From contig NW_005434545.1 of the NCBI RefSeq assembly GCF_000315625.1, positions 65,669-129,668 of the forward strand: DNA of 64,000 nucleotides, read 5' to 3'. The notes below the pieces were generated by a model. The model saw only the letters and a list, made by a program, of their open reading frames with translations, did no database searches and had not been told where the DNA came from. Below are positions 28,971 to 40,600 of this stretch, piece after piece (the first letter of the stretch is position 1; every line of letters starts with the position of its first letter). Source of the DNA: Guillardia theta CCMP2712 (taxonomy: Eukaryota; Protista; Cryptophyta). A program made the position numbers and the translations under genes.

Positions 28971-30928
28971 ATGTGGACTAGACAAGCGATCTTTGCTTGC
29001 TTGCTTGCTCTCAACATTTGGGGGGTGGAAGCGTTTTCATTGAGCCTCTATTTCACAGCGAGGAGAACAGTCGCATCAAGCGGGGTATCCAGGTAGGGAC
29101 TCATCGTGACTCATCACTCCGACTCGCTCTCTTATCCTTCATGTGTGTAGGTTGCTCGACCAGAAGTCCACCTGTTGTCTTGCTGCCAGCCACTACCCAC
29201 TGCCGGGTGATCATGGGGGTTTATCGAACGATGCCATGACATGTCAGGTGTGTGTAGGATGCAGGGGAAGCTACACACACCCTTACAAGCAGCTGGCACC
29301 TCAGTCGGAAGGCTCTGAAGAATGTCAGACATGGAAAGTCCTGCAAAGGTTGCCGGACCAGAGGGCATGCGCTGGGCTGTTCCTGAAAACGCTCTTCCTG
29401 CTCCTCCTCGTTCTTTCTCCCTTACCGAACATCGCCGATGCTCACCCGGTGCTGATTGCTTGTGGAGAAGCTGAGATGTCTTTGCTCACAAAATCACAGT
29501 CGGGGAACATATGGGGACATGGCGCCGGAGCCCTGACTGCCGCTGGCTCGAACAAGCTATGGAATGAACTCTCGGAGACGGTCAGTCTGCTAAGGCCATG
29601 GTTTCTGCTGACACGTGTGTGTTTGTTTGTGCAGGAATTGGAAGCTGCTTCGAAGCTTGGATATGATGAGCTGACTTGGGACCTGGTGAGATAGTCTGTC
29701 CTCTGCGTGACATCTGCTCTGGTGATGATGATTCCCAGGACGGCAAGGTGCCCGTGGATCGACTTCTATGGAAAGACTTGACAAGGGTACGATTGAACAA
29801 TAGCTGTTTGTGCTTGCAAGAGAGATGAGATGTGTCACTTTGAGATGGCAGAGTCAACAAGAGGCGGCCAAGGTCTTGAACTTCAACCAAAAATTCTGGG
29901 ATGAGGATGTCTTTGTGGATATCTACGAGCGAAGGTGGACTTATCTTTTGCTTCTTCGTTCAAGTCTCCCCTGAAGAGCTCGTGACCTCTCCACCTTCTC
30001 AGTTGGAACGAGTTGACAGAGGAGCAGAAGAAGGCGGCAAAGGTCTTGGGGTACTTCGATTTATGCGCTGCTTGCAGATGATGTGCGTTGTTAGGTACAA
30101 GAAATCTTCTTGGAACAAGAACCTGGATGTCTGGAGCGATACTGTGAGTTGGAAGCAGCTAAACGCGAAGCAGAAAGAAGCTGCAGGTACAGACTGATCG
30201 TCCATTCTTTTCTGTCTGGTGACTGCTTGATCCAGGTATCATCGGATACACGGAGAAGGAATGGAATGAGTCGAGGCATGTCTACGACAAGGAATGGGTA
30301 AGACTCTGACATATTCCTCGTGATCATGACGCCTTGCTGATTTCTGGCTCCAGAATCAGCTGAGCCCTCAGCAGAAGGAAGCTGCCAAGACTCTTGGGTA
30401 CACCGTGAAGTAGGTGGTGGTAGACTAGAGCTCATGTCGATTGACAAGGAAGTTCAGGAGGTGGAATGAAAATCAGCATGTATGGAGCGACGATGTGTTG
30501 TGGAAGCAGCTCAACGACAAGCAGAAGAAAGCCGCACACGCGCTGGGTACGCGACAAACTTGAATGGGTTAGATGTGCCATAGAAGGTTAATATGCAAAC
30601 AGGATTCAACGAGATCTCATGGGATCGGGCCACCAAGACAGGGTATTTTGTACCAATTTCATTTCCTTCAAGTCTCTCACTACCCCATCAGCTCTCACTC
30701 GTATGATCGTGAAGAAACTCGCAAGAAGCAGGAAAGACAATCTTGGCTGGTACGTGTGCAGACACAGATCCAGATCCCGAACTGACACCTCAATGTGGAG
30801 GTGGTAAGATGGAAAAGCTGGATCTGGAAACAGACTATTGGTAAGTGGTCTTAAGCACTGAGACGCTGTTGTGATGAATAAGAACAGGAAAGAAGTACTG
30901 CTGGGTGCGAGGAGCTGTTGGCGGTAAC
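28971..30928 (+). CDS. Trp-repeat protein with a putative plastid (possibly thylakoid-lumen) presequence, multi-exon
   Basis: Signal peptide MWTRQAIFACLLALNIWGVEA|F. About six repeats of WxxLxxxQKxAAxxLG[YF]xxxxW lie in 29560-30625. The 3' end is uncertain. Confidence 0.65.
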
Positions 30929-31151
30929 TGGGTTCGCAAGATTGTCGGAGAGCAATATGATTTCTTCAGGGGGTCAAAATACTGCAATTATCCGAATTGA
31001 TGACCAGTTGCCTTTATGCCACGTCCTGCCCAGATGCGTGGCGGAGTGGATTGTAATCTAATTCGATGACGCCAAAGGAATCCAGTGTAAAAATGTAAGG
31101 TCGAGTAATACAGCAAAAACAGGGTACAAGAACGAGCATCGTGCTTCATCT

Positions 31152-31679
31152 CTAGTCGAGCTCCTTCCCACCCGCTGGCCAGGTGATCGATCTCAATATT
31201 TTAGTGCTGCATTGGATGTCCTTGGGCAGCTGGACTACCGTTGGAAACGGAGTTTTGCCGAAGCTTCTCACCTCTTGATCGCACGAGTTTCCTCTCACTC
31301 TCAGTGTCGGCCGTACACACGGTGACAGGAGAGGAGGAAGACAATACGTCTCCGGCCAGGACAGCACACATTTGCGCTGGGAAGGGGTCACAAGCCCAGC
31401 AGCCTGTCGTGCCTCCCAGTACCCTTGCCGAACAGCAGGAGCAAGCGAGTGCTCAATTATGTCCGCCGAACAGAGACGGAGGAGACTTTCGGTTCCACGC
31501 AGGGAATGGCCCAGAGCTATGCACAAGAAGATATCGCTCAGATCCGTGTTTTCAAACAAGTCCTGCTCGGCCTCTTTCAAGCTGCTTGAGGTATCATCCC
31601 TCGCAATAGTTGTCAAGCTGCTTGAGGAGGCTCCTGCACCGTCAATACCGGTGGAAATAGATATTGAAAGAAGCTGCAT
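31152..31679 (-). CDS. Hypothetical protein
   Basis: 175-codon ORF with no recognisable motif. Confidence 0.3.
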   Translation of the reverse strand: MQLLSISISTGIDGAGASSSSLTTIARDDTSSSLKEAEQDLFENTDLSDIFLCIALGHSLRGTESLLRLCSADIIEHSLAPAVRQGYWEARQAAGLVTPSQRKCVLSWPETYCLPPLLSPCVRPTLRVRGNSCDQEVRSFGKTPFPTVVQLPKDIQCSTKILRSITWPAGGKELD

Positions 31680-32685
31680 GTGAGGCGAAATTCAAAGAAT
31701 ACAATCCCGTGTGGATTTAAACGAGGGCAGGAGGGAAGGAGAACAAGAGCTGAAGCGCCTGAAAGGGAACGTAGAGGAGGAGAGAGCTTCTTGTCAACTT
31801 TGATGGAGGAGAAGGAGAAGGATGTGAAGTCAGTGAGAGGAAGGAGGGAAGCAAGAGGATGGGGGAGGAGCAGCGAAGTATCCCTTAACAGCGCATGCAA
31901 CTGCACAGTGACCGATAGGGCGGGAAGTCAACAAGTGAGATTATAGCTCTAGCGGACAGAAGGAGGGGTGGTATCAGTGTGGGGGGTGAGATACTGAAAG
32001 ACCATCAAGAATGTAGGGTGGTCATTGGTCTTGAAGTGGGTAGTGTTGAATGAGAAGGGGGTAGGGGTTATCCACGGGACAAAAGCGTGCAGGGAAGGGC
32101 TTGCAGGGGGGCAAGGGAACATGTGGGGGTGGTAGGATATCGATGATAGGGTGGGGTGGATGGATGGTGAAATATGCTAGGGGTGGTACCAGATCCCCGG
32201 ACTTGAGGGAAGTGCAGGGGTACTCAAGTAGAGAAAAAGAGGGTAGGGGTCATTGAATATACTTTTGGGGGTAGGGGTGCACTTGGAGTGAAGGCGGGAA
32301 ATCCCACGGGAATCTCCAGGAATCTGAGGGAATCTCAGGTCTGGCGGGCATGAGCGGGGATGAACCCAAGTGAATGAGGGGGATGAGTAGGGGCGGGGAG
32401 GGATGAGGGGCAAGCTTAGAATTATTCGCTCCCATGGCCTGTTGGACGTTATTGGCGGCCCTCGCCGTGTCGACGGCGAGAGGATGGGAGATGCGAGGAG
32501 AAGCGGGAGAGAAGGCCTGCGAGATGAGAGGAGGAAGAAGTACAGGGAGAGGATGCGACGTGGGAGCGGTGAGGGACCGAGGAGGCGCAGGAGACATGGG
32601 TCTCGGTGTGGGGAAGGAGGAAGGGGTGGGGGCTGGCGCACAGGATGTAAGGCGAAAGTTTGGAGGAAGGAAGTGGGTGGTTCAT

Positions 32686-34113
32686 ATGAGTACATCATAC
32701 ATTGAGAGGAAGTGGTTGATCATATCTGCATGCGGATTGATCATCGTTGTTTCCCTTGCCGTCTACTGGCAGTACGTGAAAGACTTCATGCCCCCGCTCT
32801 GGGCAGCGCCGATGGTGGCGCTCATCCTCATGGTGGGCTCGTTGTACGATGTCGAGTCCTCGAACATGCTGAATGAGTTTCTGGCGTTCATCATCGGGAT
32901 GGTTGTGTATGCTCTCACCAGGACGATCACGAAGAAGAAGGTCCTCAGCGACAGGCTGTGTCACTGCAGGCTGTGCAACCGGGAGCTCCACCAGCTCGAC
33001 CTGCTGGGCTCTGGCAACTTCGGGTCTGTGTACAAGGCGAGAACAACCTTCCGGGCGTCAGAGGGAGCTAAGATAACCTGCGTCGTCAAGAAGGTCAAAG
33101 TCGACTTGGAGCATGATATCAACGATGCCAGCGAGGCGCTGCAGGAGGTGAAGAGCTTGATCAAGCTGGACTCTCACCCGTTCATCGTCGCCTACATGGA
33201 CGTCTGGCTGCACCGAGACAACCCGGCCAACGCCTTCATCCCCCCTACAACAGAGTTGTGCTTGATGATGGAGTTCTGTCCCAACGGGGACTTGTTCGAC
33301 CGCCTTGAGAAGTTGAGGGAGAGCGAGGGTGACGAGGCTGAGAAGTTGACCGTGAACAAGATCATGACATGGTTTGCTCAGCTCACTGATGCTGTCCAAT
33401 TCTTCCACAGCAAAGGCATCACGCACTGCGACCTCAAGCTCGAGAACATCTTCTTGACGGAGGACGACAACGTCAAGGTCGGAGACTTTGGCCTCTCCCT
33501 GCAGTTGAGGAAACGATACTCAGCGCTAGATGCATCGAGCAAGGACAAGAAGTCACCCAAGGCAACTTCAAGTCGAGCAGCAAGACAGGCAAGGCGACCG
33601 GATGTGGACATGTGGGGGTCGACAAACATGAGCTCTCGAGGTACCCCGGACTACATGGCGCCGGAGTGCTGGCACGACAACTCCAAGTACACGTCCAAGG
33701 TGGATGTCTGGAGTGTCGGGGTGATCCTGTACATCATGCTCACGGGCAAGACTCCTCTGCACCACCTGGACCACGGGGACGACGAAATCTTCCTGGGAGA
33801 GCTGCTATATGATGAGGAGATGCGGCGGCGGTACGACTACGACAAAGAGCTCGAGGTCGCCCTCCGTCTCGTCTCGCAGAAGAACTTGCAAGGAGCCATC
33901 CGGCACATGCTCCGGCCAGAGCCCGCAGACCGACCGATGATGAAGCAAGTGATGGGCGAGCTGAAGCTGTGGAGGTACCTCAACGAGAGCCGAGGGGCGC
34001 CGCGAGGGAAGAAGCGATCGAAGCATGGGGCCTCCTCGTCGCAGATCGACTCGGCAGCTGCGTTCGCTCATCGAGTCTTCGATGGAGTGGTGAGGAGATG
34101 CAGCGTGACATGA
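32686..34113 (+). CDS. Ser/Thr protein kinase (NEK-like, non-RD) with three N-terminal transmembrane helices; intronless
   Basis: Motifs LGSGNFGSVY, VVKK, MMEFCPNGDL, HCDLKLENIF, KVGDFG, GTPDYMAPE and DVWSVG. Hydrophobic stretches precede the kinase domain. The ORF is open from 32434, so the true start is uncertain. Confidence 0.92.
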   Translation: MSTSYIERKWLIISACGLIIVVSLAVYWQYVKDFMPPLWAAPMVALILMVGSLYDVESSNMLNEFLAFIIGMVVYALTRTITKKKVLSDRLCHCRLCNRELHQLDLLGSGNFGSVYKARTTFRASEGAKITCVVKKVKVDLEHDINDASEALQEVKSLIKLDSHPFIVAYMDVWLHRDNPANAFIPPTTELCLMMEFCPNGDLFDRLEKLRESEGDEAEKLTVNKIMTWFAQLTDAVQFFHSKGITHCDLKLENIFLTEDDNVKVGDFGLSLQLRKRYSALDASSKDKKSPKATSSRAARQARRPDVDMWGSTNMSSRGTPDYMAPECWHDNSKYTSKVDVWSVGVILYIMLTGKTPLHHLDHGDDEIFLGELLYDEEMRRRYDYDKELEVALRLVSQKNLQGAIRHMLRPEPADRPMMKQVMGELKLWRYLNESRGAPRGKKRSKHGASSSQIDSAAAFAHRVFDGVVRRCSVT

Positions 34114-34613
34114 AAGAACTTGAGACTGACTCTCCCTCTCCTTCTCCTCTCCTCCTCCTTCCCTTCTCCCTCTCCTTCCCTCCTCCCTCCCTCTTCCTTC
34201 TTCCTCCATTCCCTTCTCCCTCTCCCTCCCTCTATCTGTTGCACGCTGTTCGTGCCTCCTTCTGCTTTGCTCCTCGTTCCCTCTCCGTCCTCTTCTTTCA
34301 TCGTCTCGTGATCCCACAGGCCTCGGCAAGCGCCAAGGTCTTCAACGTAGTAAGTGGAGGAGTCAGCAGGAAGAGCGACGTGAAGAGGTGAGGAGGTGGG
34401 GGAATCGCGCAGCTGACCACCAATGGCAGCGCGTCGGAGAGGGCGGCAAGAGCAAGAGACGGGCTGATCAGGAAGGGACCCATCCGAAAAGAAAGGTAGA
34501 GGAGGGAGAAGCAGGGAGAAGCAGGGAGGAGGGAGGGAGGAGGGAGGGAGGAGGGAGGGAGGCAGTGGGAGGCAGTGTTGGAGAGAGGGGGCATGGGCCT
34601 GTCTCATGTGACC

Positions 34614-37600
34614 TCAGGATCCGTCGGAGGGCGAAGAATGAGAACAAGACAGAGGGTTGAGCAGGAGGGCAGCCTGGGATCGCAAAGATAACATTCGTAT
34701 GTACAACAAACATGATGCTTCGCATGTCCGGCATGGACCAGATGAACATCGCAGAATAAATGAACATGTCCCCTCACGTCTCATCCCGGTCCGGCCCGGC
34801 ATGCACTCGGCTGCGAGACTCGGCGGAGTCGAGGAATCGAATCGCTACCTCAATCTGCTCCTCGAGGGACTTGAAGATCAGGTCCATGACCCCTGCCACC
34901 TTCCTCTCCAGCCCCTCGATCTTGAGCTCCTCGTACTCCTCCTCCTTGCGCTTGCAGGAGGAGGCGTCGAAGGCGTAGATGACGGAGATGACAATGCCTG
35001 GTGACATCTGTGAGGACCAGAAGAGCAGGCAGGAGACGACAGACCGCAGTTCACAGCAGCAGCAGCAGCATCGTAGGGATCCGTGAACGCTTGGAAGGCA
35101 ACGAAGAGGAAGACAAGGGCGAGGGTGACGACAGAGGAGTAGAGGAAGGTTGCGACGAGAATCTTGAAGTCAGAGAGACTGAAGTCAGAGAGAGCCTGTG
35201 ACATCTCGTCATGCACGACAAAAGAGCGAGGTAGAGAAGCAGAAGAAGGAAGGATGGATGGAAGGAAGGAAGGGAGGAGGGAAGGAGGAGAACAAGGAGG
35301 AGAATAATGGGGAGGAGGAAGCGAGGAGAATCAGGAGAATGAGGAGATTTCGAACCTGCGCTAGATTCTGCTTCGTGGCGAACTCGAGTAGGGTGGGGCT
35401 AACGGAGATCTGTGACTTCCGCTGCTCGATCCTGACCTTGATCGCCTGCTTGACCCGCCATTGGAACTGCGTCAGCCGGATCCAGTAGCGCAGCGACGTC
35501 ACGGCAACTCCGACGATTGCGATGAGGTAAGGTGAGATCTTCCGGGGCAGGACCATGGTCCCGAAGAAGATCCAGATCCCGTTGAGGAGGAGGAGGAAGA
35601 TGGAGAGGAGGGACAGAACGAAGTACGAGATGGTAAAGGCGAACCTGACGAGCTTCCAGATGAGCGCATGCTGGGGCATCGAGAGGTAGAAGGAGGAGAG
35701 CTCGATGGCAGCCACGAGCATCTGGGTGTAGGCGAGGGCGTCGAGGATGACGGGGAAGAGGTTGGCCTCCTGTGCGCACTTGCACTTGTTGGGGGCAAAC
35801 TCACACCTGGTGGTGGACATTCCCATCTTGATCTCAGCGCTGGTTTTCATCACATACCTCAACAGACAAGTCAGACGCCGCTGGTTCATACCCTCTCCTG
35901 CCTCACCAGCTCGGCATGCTTGCGATGGTCATGAACACGATGGCGTCGATGATCTTCCTCTGCAAGCTCTTGGACCTCCCGCTCTGTCGGCAGCTACGTC
36001 AGCACAGGCCTGCACCTTGCAAGGCGATCTCACCGGAACCGCCAGACCCTCGAGAACGTTGAAGAAGCCGGTCTTGGAGATCGTCTCCTCCTGCTCCTCC
36101 TTGCTGTACACAATCGTTGCTCGCTCCCTCCAGATCTCATCCTCGTCCCTCGTCCTCCCATCCTTGCGGACCCGACGGATCTCGTCCAAGAGCACGCTCA
36201 GCCCCTTCATGTCGTAGAGAATCTCCTTGCGCAGCTTCAGGATCCCCCGGTACCCCCAGGCTGTGAAAAGCCCCGTCCCCAGAGCTGCGAGGAGGAAGGC
36301 GATGGAGCCGCTGAGGATGTAGAAGGAAGTGATGGACTCGTACATAGCCGGGTCCAGCGGCGTCACGCCGATCTGGTTCGTCTTGGGGTCCAGCTTGAAC
36401 ACCTTGGCGTTGCCGACTGTCGGGCGGAAGACGAGGAGGGAGGTAGGAGGAAGAATCCTAGAGCTGCCCGGGGGCCAAGTCTGGAGCACTTCGATGATCA
36501 TAGACCGCATCGTTATGAGCCGCTTCGTGAAGTTGCTCCCCTGGCTCACCACAGCTGGGCAGAAGCCCGGGTCCAGCTGCATGCTCACCCCGTCGCGCGC
36601 CGGGTGCAGAAGGAAGGAGGTAAGGATGTCCGTGAGCCACTCAGGGATGACGAGGTACCTGGGGCCCTCGATCCACAGGAACTCTCCGTCGATGGACTCA
36701 GGGGCGCCAGGGCCGGTGAGGCGGATGGAGAACCAGGGGACGAGCGGGCGCTTCTTGCCTTCGATGTGGAACTTGCGGTCGATCAAGTTCATGTCCTGCT
36801 CCACGATGTTGGACTTGACGAGCGTGCTGACGTCCCTCGAGACGGCCTCTGGCGGGTTCCCCTGGTACGACGAGACGCTGGGGACTGCCATCGCACGTCA
36901 GTACTGACCCAGCACCCACCCCAGCTGGAGCCTACCTGTGAAGTCTGTCAGGGCCGCCAGGGAGATCTGTCCCGAGATCGAGGTGAAGTTCCAGATCTGA
37001 TCCAAGTTGCCTGACTTCCAGGGCATCGTGACCGGGTTGATGCAGATGCCGCAGAGAGGCTGGTTGACGATGGGAAAGAGATCCGCCTGCATGCCGAGTC
37101 TCAGCCATCACATGTTTCACGTGGGGGGAAGGGGAGGGAGAATTGTCGGCAGGACGGGGCTGGAGACACGAGGAGCAGGTCAAACCTTTGCATAGCCATG
37201 GCAAAACTTGAGGCAGCACTTGCCCGCAACGTCGCAACTGAGAGTAGGCGGTCAGAGACAAGAGCGCGACCACAGCCGTACGTTCTTACTTGGCTTGGAC
37301 GGGAACGATGGTGGAGCCGTCGAGCGGGGAGATGCGGCTGTGACTGGTGAAAGCAACCATCTCACAGGCGGGCTTGCAGAGACACTGTAGGCTGTCAGTC
37401 TGAGTGCAGGCTTTGCGATCGATGCATCCAGGGACGGTGGAGGTTTTGTTGATGGCGCAACGAGGACAAGGGTAGCGGTAGAGGTTGGGGCAGAAGTCAG
37501 CGGGAGGGCTCATGGCAGAGCCAAGAATCTTCACAGGGGCCTTGGAGCCGCTGGTGTCAAGGTAGTCGCACGTTGTCTCGCAGGAGTCCTGGAGGTACAG

Positions 37601-40600
37601 AGACCCTTGCGCTGCTGATAGGCAGACCTTGTTACCCGACTTCTGCCAGTACTGGATGGAGGTAGAGCGGGTAGTCGTGACGACGAAGTCAGCCGTGATG
37701 CTGTTGAAGGTAGCGGTCGGGATGGCGCCTCCTAGCCCGAGGTCATGGGCGATGAAAGATCCATGGTCGATGTTGATGTTAATGTTCTTGGCTGTGACGT
37801 TCTGCACGCGGACGTTGACGTTCTTGCCCTGGATCGCGAGGGTGTTGGGCCCGAACTCCATGCCGAAGTTGGGGGTGTCCGAGTCCATGGCGCCTCCACG
37901 GATTGACGTGATGTTGTCACCGACGGCGATGAAGGTCATGGCAGGCAGCACGTAACGGTCAGGCACGAGGATCTGCACGTTGCAGTAGTAGCCCATGAAC
38001 CTGCCGGCATCGGGTCGGTTGTTGGTGACGTCGAAGGTGGCGGCAGTGGAGCAGGTGTCCGAGGCCAGGGTGATGAGGGGGTCTTTGAACTTGTAGGCGA
38101 ACCGAACCTTAAGCGCTTGCAGCGAGTTGTCGGGGGGAGGGAAGATGGAGGCGGGCATGAAGCGGACGTTGCAGGTGTCGAGGCTGAACTGCACGGAGAT
38201 GGCCTGATCCAAAAAGAACTCTGCGTTGTAGTTGCACTCGGGATGGTAGTCCGTAGTCATGACGCCGATGATGTACAGGAGGAGGAGGAACGCTCCAAAC
38301 AGGACGAGGAAGAACTCGACGAACTTGGCTTCTGGAGGAGGCCGAATCTGAAGTTTGGTCGCTGTGATGATGAGGTCGATCCGCTTCTTGCGCAGGTAGT
38401 TTTTTAAGTTGCCGTGCCGCCGCCGCAGCCAGGAAGTCAGCATGTAGATCAAGACGCCAGCGACCACGAGCGCAGCTGCTGTGCCGACGGCGATTGGGAT
38501 GATCTTCAACTGGGCGACTTCGCACTGGCCGAAGGTCCTCCCGTCTCTTGCACTCACCACACACTTCTGGAAGGTGGGGCCCGAGCTCGTCGAGCCAATC
38601 ATGCACTTGCCCTTTCCCCCGCAGTCGCCCGGGCAGTAGACGCACTCAGCCTTCTGGTTGCACTGCAGACAGCACTCCTTCTCTGTGATCCCCGTGCATG
38701 AGATGGCGCAGGTCGCCGGGATCCCGACGTTGATGTCGACGATGACCGACGTCATTCCTGCAACGTCCGAGACGTGTGGGGCCGCGAACCTGTGGTCCTG
38801 ACATGGCTTTGCCTGCCCGCACTCGTGCTCTCCACTACATTCGCCATAGTTGCCGTTGTCGATGGCGGTGATCTTGATAGGGACATACCCGGTGTAAGTC
38901 ACGCTGGAGTCGTAGAAGAGCTGCTTGCTGATGATGTTGGTGTCAGAGATTGTCCCTTGCATCGACAGCGTGTACAGGCCGCTTGCGTCCTTGGCCTGCA
39001 GGTAGGAAAGCGACGAGACGACAGACTGGATCTGAAACTTGCCGGCCGACGGCCTGTCGACCTTGAGCAGGAGCGTCATGTTGCCGTAGGGGACGTCGTT
39101 GATGTCCACGTCCATGATGTCAAGAGCCGTGGACGTGACGCTGGAGGAGATTGGAGGGAAGATGGAGGCGTTGACATCGGAGCACGACACTCCCTCTATG
39201 AACATCGAGTTGGAGTAGTCGACATAGCACCGCATCCCCTTGGTGTACTTGAGCAAGTTGGTGGGGTAGGTGATGACCGGGGGATCGTTGACCGGGACAA
39301 CTCGGATGTCAAGGTTCTGCACTACTCCGTTCAAGACGGCCTGCTGGTTGTTGTAGCATTCGTCCGTCATTCCTTGGTCCGTCACCCAGATTCTGAGCCT
39401 GTCCAGCCCGTTGCCGTTGGGCCGACTCGAGTAGGTGAGGTAGCTCTTGTTGAGGCCCTCCTGGATCACTTGCTTCTTTGCTCTCAGGATGATCCTGCTC
39501 TGGTTCCTCATGCAGGCAACCTGGTCGGGACATGGGACGGCGCAAAGAGAAGTCCTGAAGGTAAACCGAGACCTGAAAAACGACCGTGAGCGAAAAGGAG
39601 CAGGAGCAGGAGCAGATCAGGTCTTACACAGCCAACTTTGTAGAGGCTAGCTTCGTGCAGTCTTCAAAGGAGTATTGGGTGGCGTTAGTAAGGAAGACGA
39701 GCCCTGCGAGGAAGTCTCGCCCCGGCGGCGGGTAGAAGGAAAGAAATCCTTCCTGGACGCTGAGCTCGACGATGAGCTCTCCAGGATACACTTCTGTACT
39801 TGGATTGCAGATGGACGGGATGGGGCAGGGGCACTCTGCACCACCAAGACACAAGCAGGGCTGTCCGCAGATGCAGCCGCGAGCAGAGAAGACCGCACTG
39901 ATGCCGTTCCCCTGACAGCAATGGCGGCGACCAGTGGAGCTGATCAGAGCAGCTTCGTCTGAGTCGACGTCATCGATCCACAAGACGTCTCGGCTGACAA
40001 CAAAGACAGTGTCTTCGTCGATGTCGATGTACCGTCGATACGTGCCGTTGACAATGTCCGACAACTTGACCACCGTGTCCAACATGGGCTTACAGTATGT
40101 GTCGTACCTGTTTAGCAAAGGTCAGACCAGAAGAGCCCTACAAGATGATAGACTGACGCTTTGCTCGTGACGCTGATGTGGAGGCAGTCGTACTGAATGT
40201 TGATGGACTCGTCGATCGGAATGAGCCGTGGGAGGTTGACGATTGTGGAGGGATCAGCTTCGTACACGCCAAGGATCTCCTGCTGCACAGACAGAGCTCG
40301 GCCGATCACGGGAGGATCGTTGACGGAGTCGACCAGCACCGAGATGACGGTAGAGCCTTTGAGATGTCTCGTGGTGAAGTAGTTGTCACCCATATCTCCC
40401 TGATCGTCCACCTCGATCGTGATCGACTCGGGTATCCCATACCGAGTGTTGAAGTTCGGATCACTCAGGTATGTCAACCCCTTCAGCGCAAGATTGAGGT
40501 CTGCATAAGTTCCCGTCAGAGACAGGAACTTGTTTCCCACTCCGAACTGGGGCCCTCCGTAAGCATGCAACCCGCTCGGTCTTGTGTTTCTTGATGTGTA

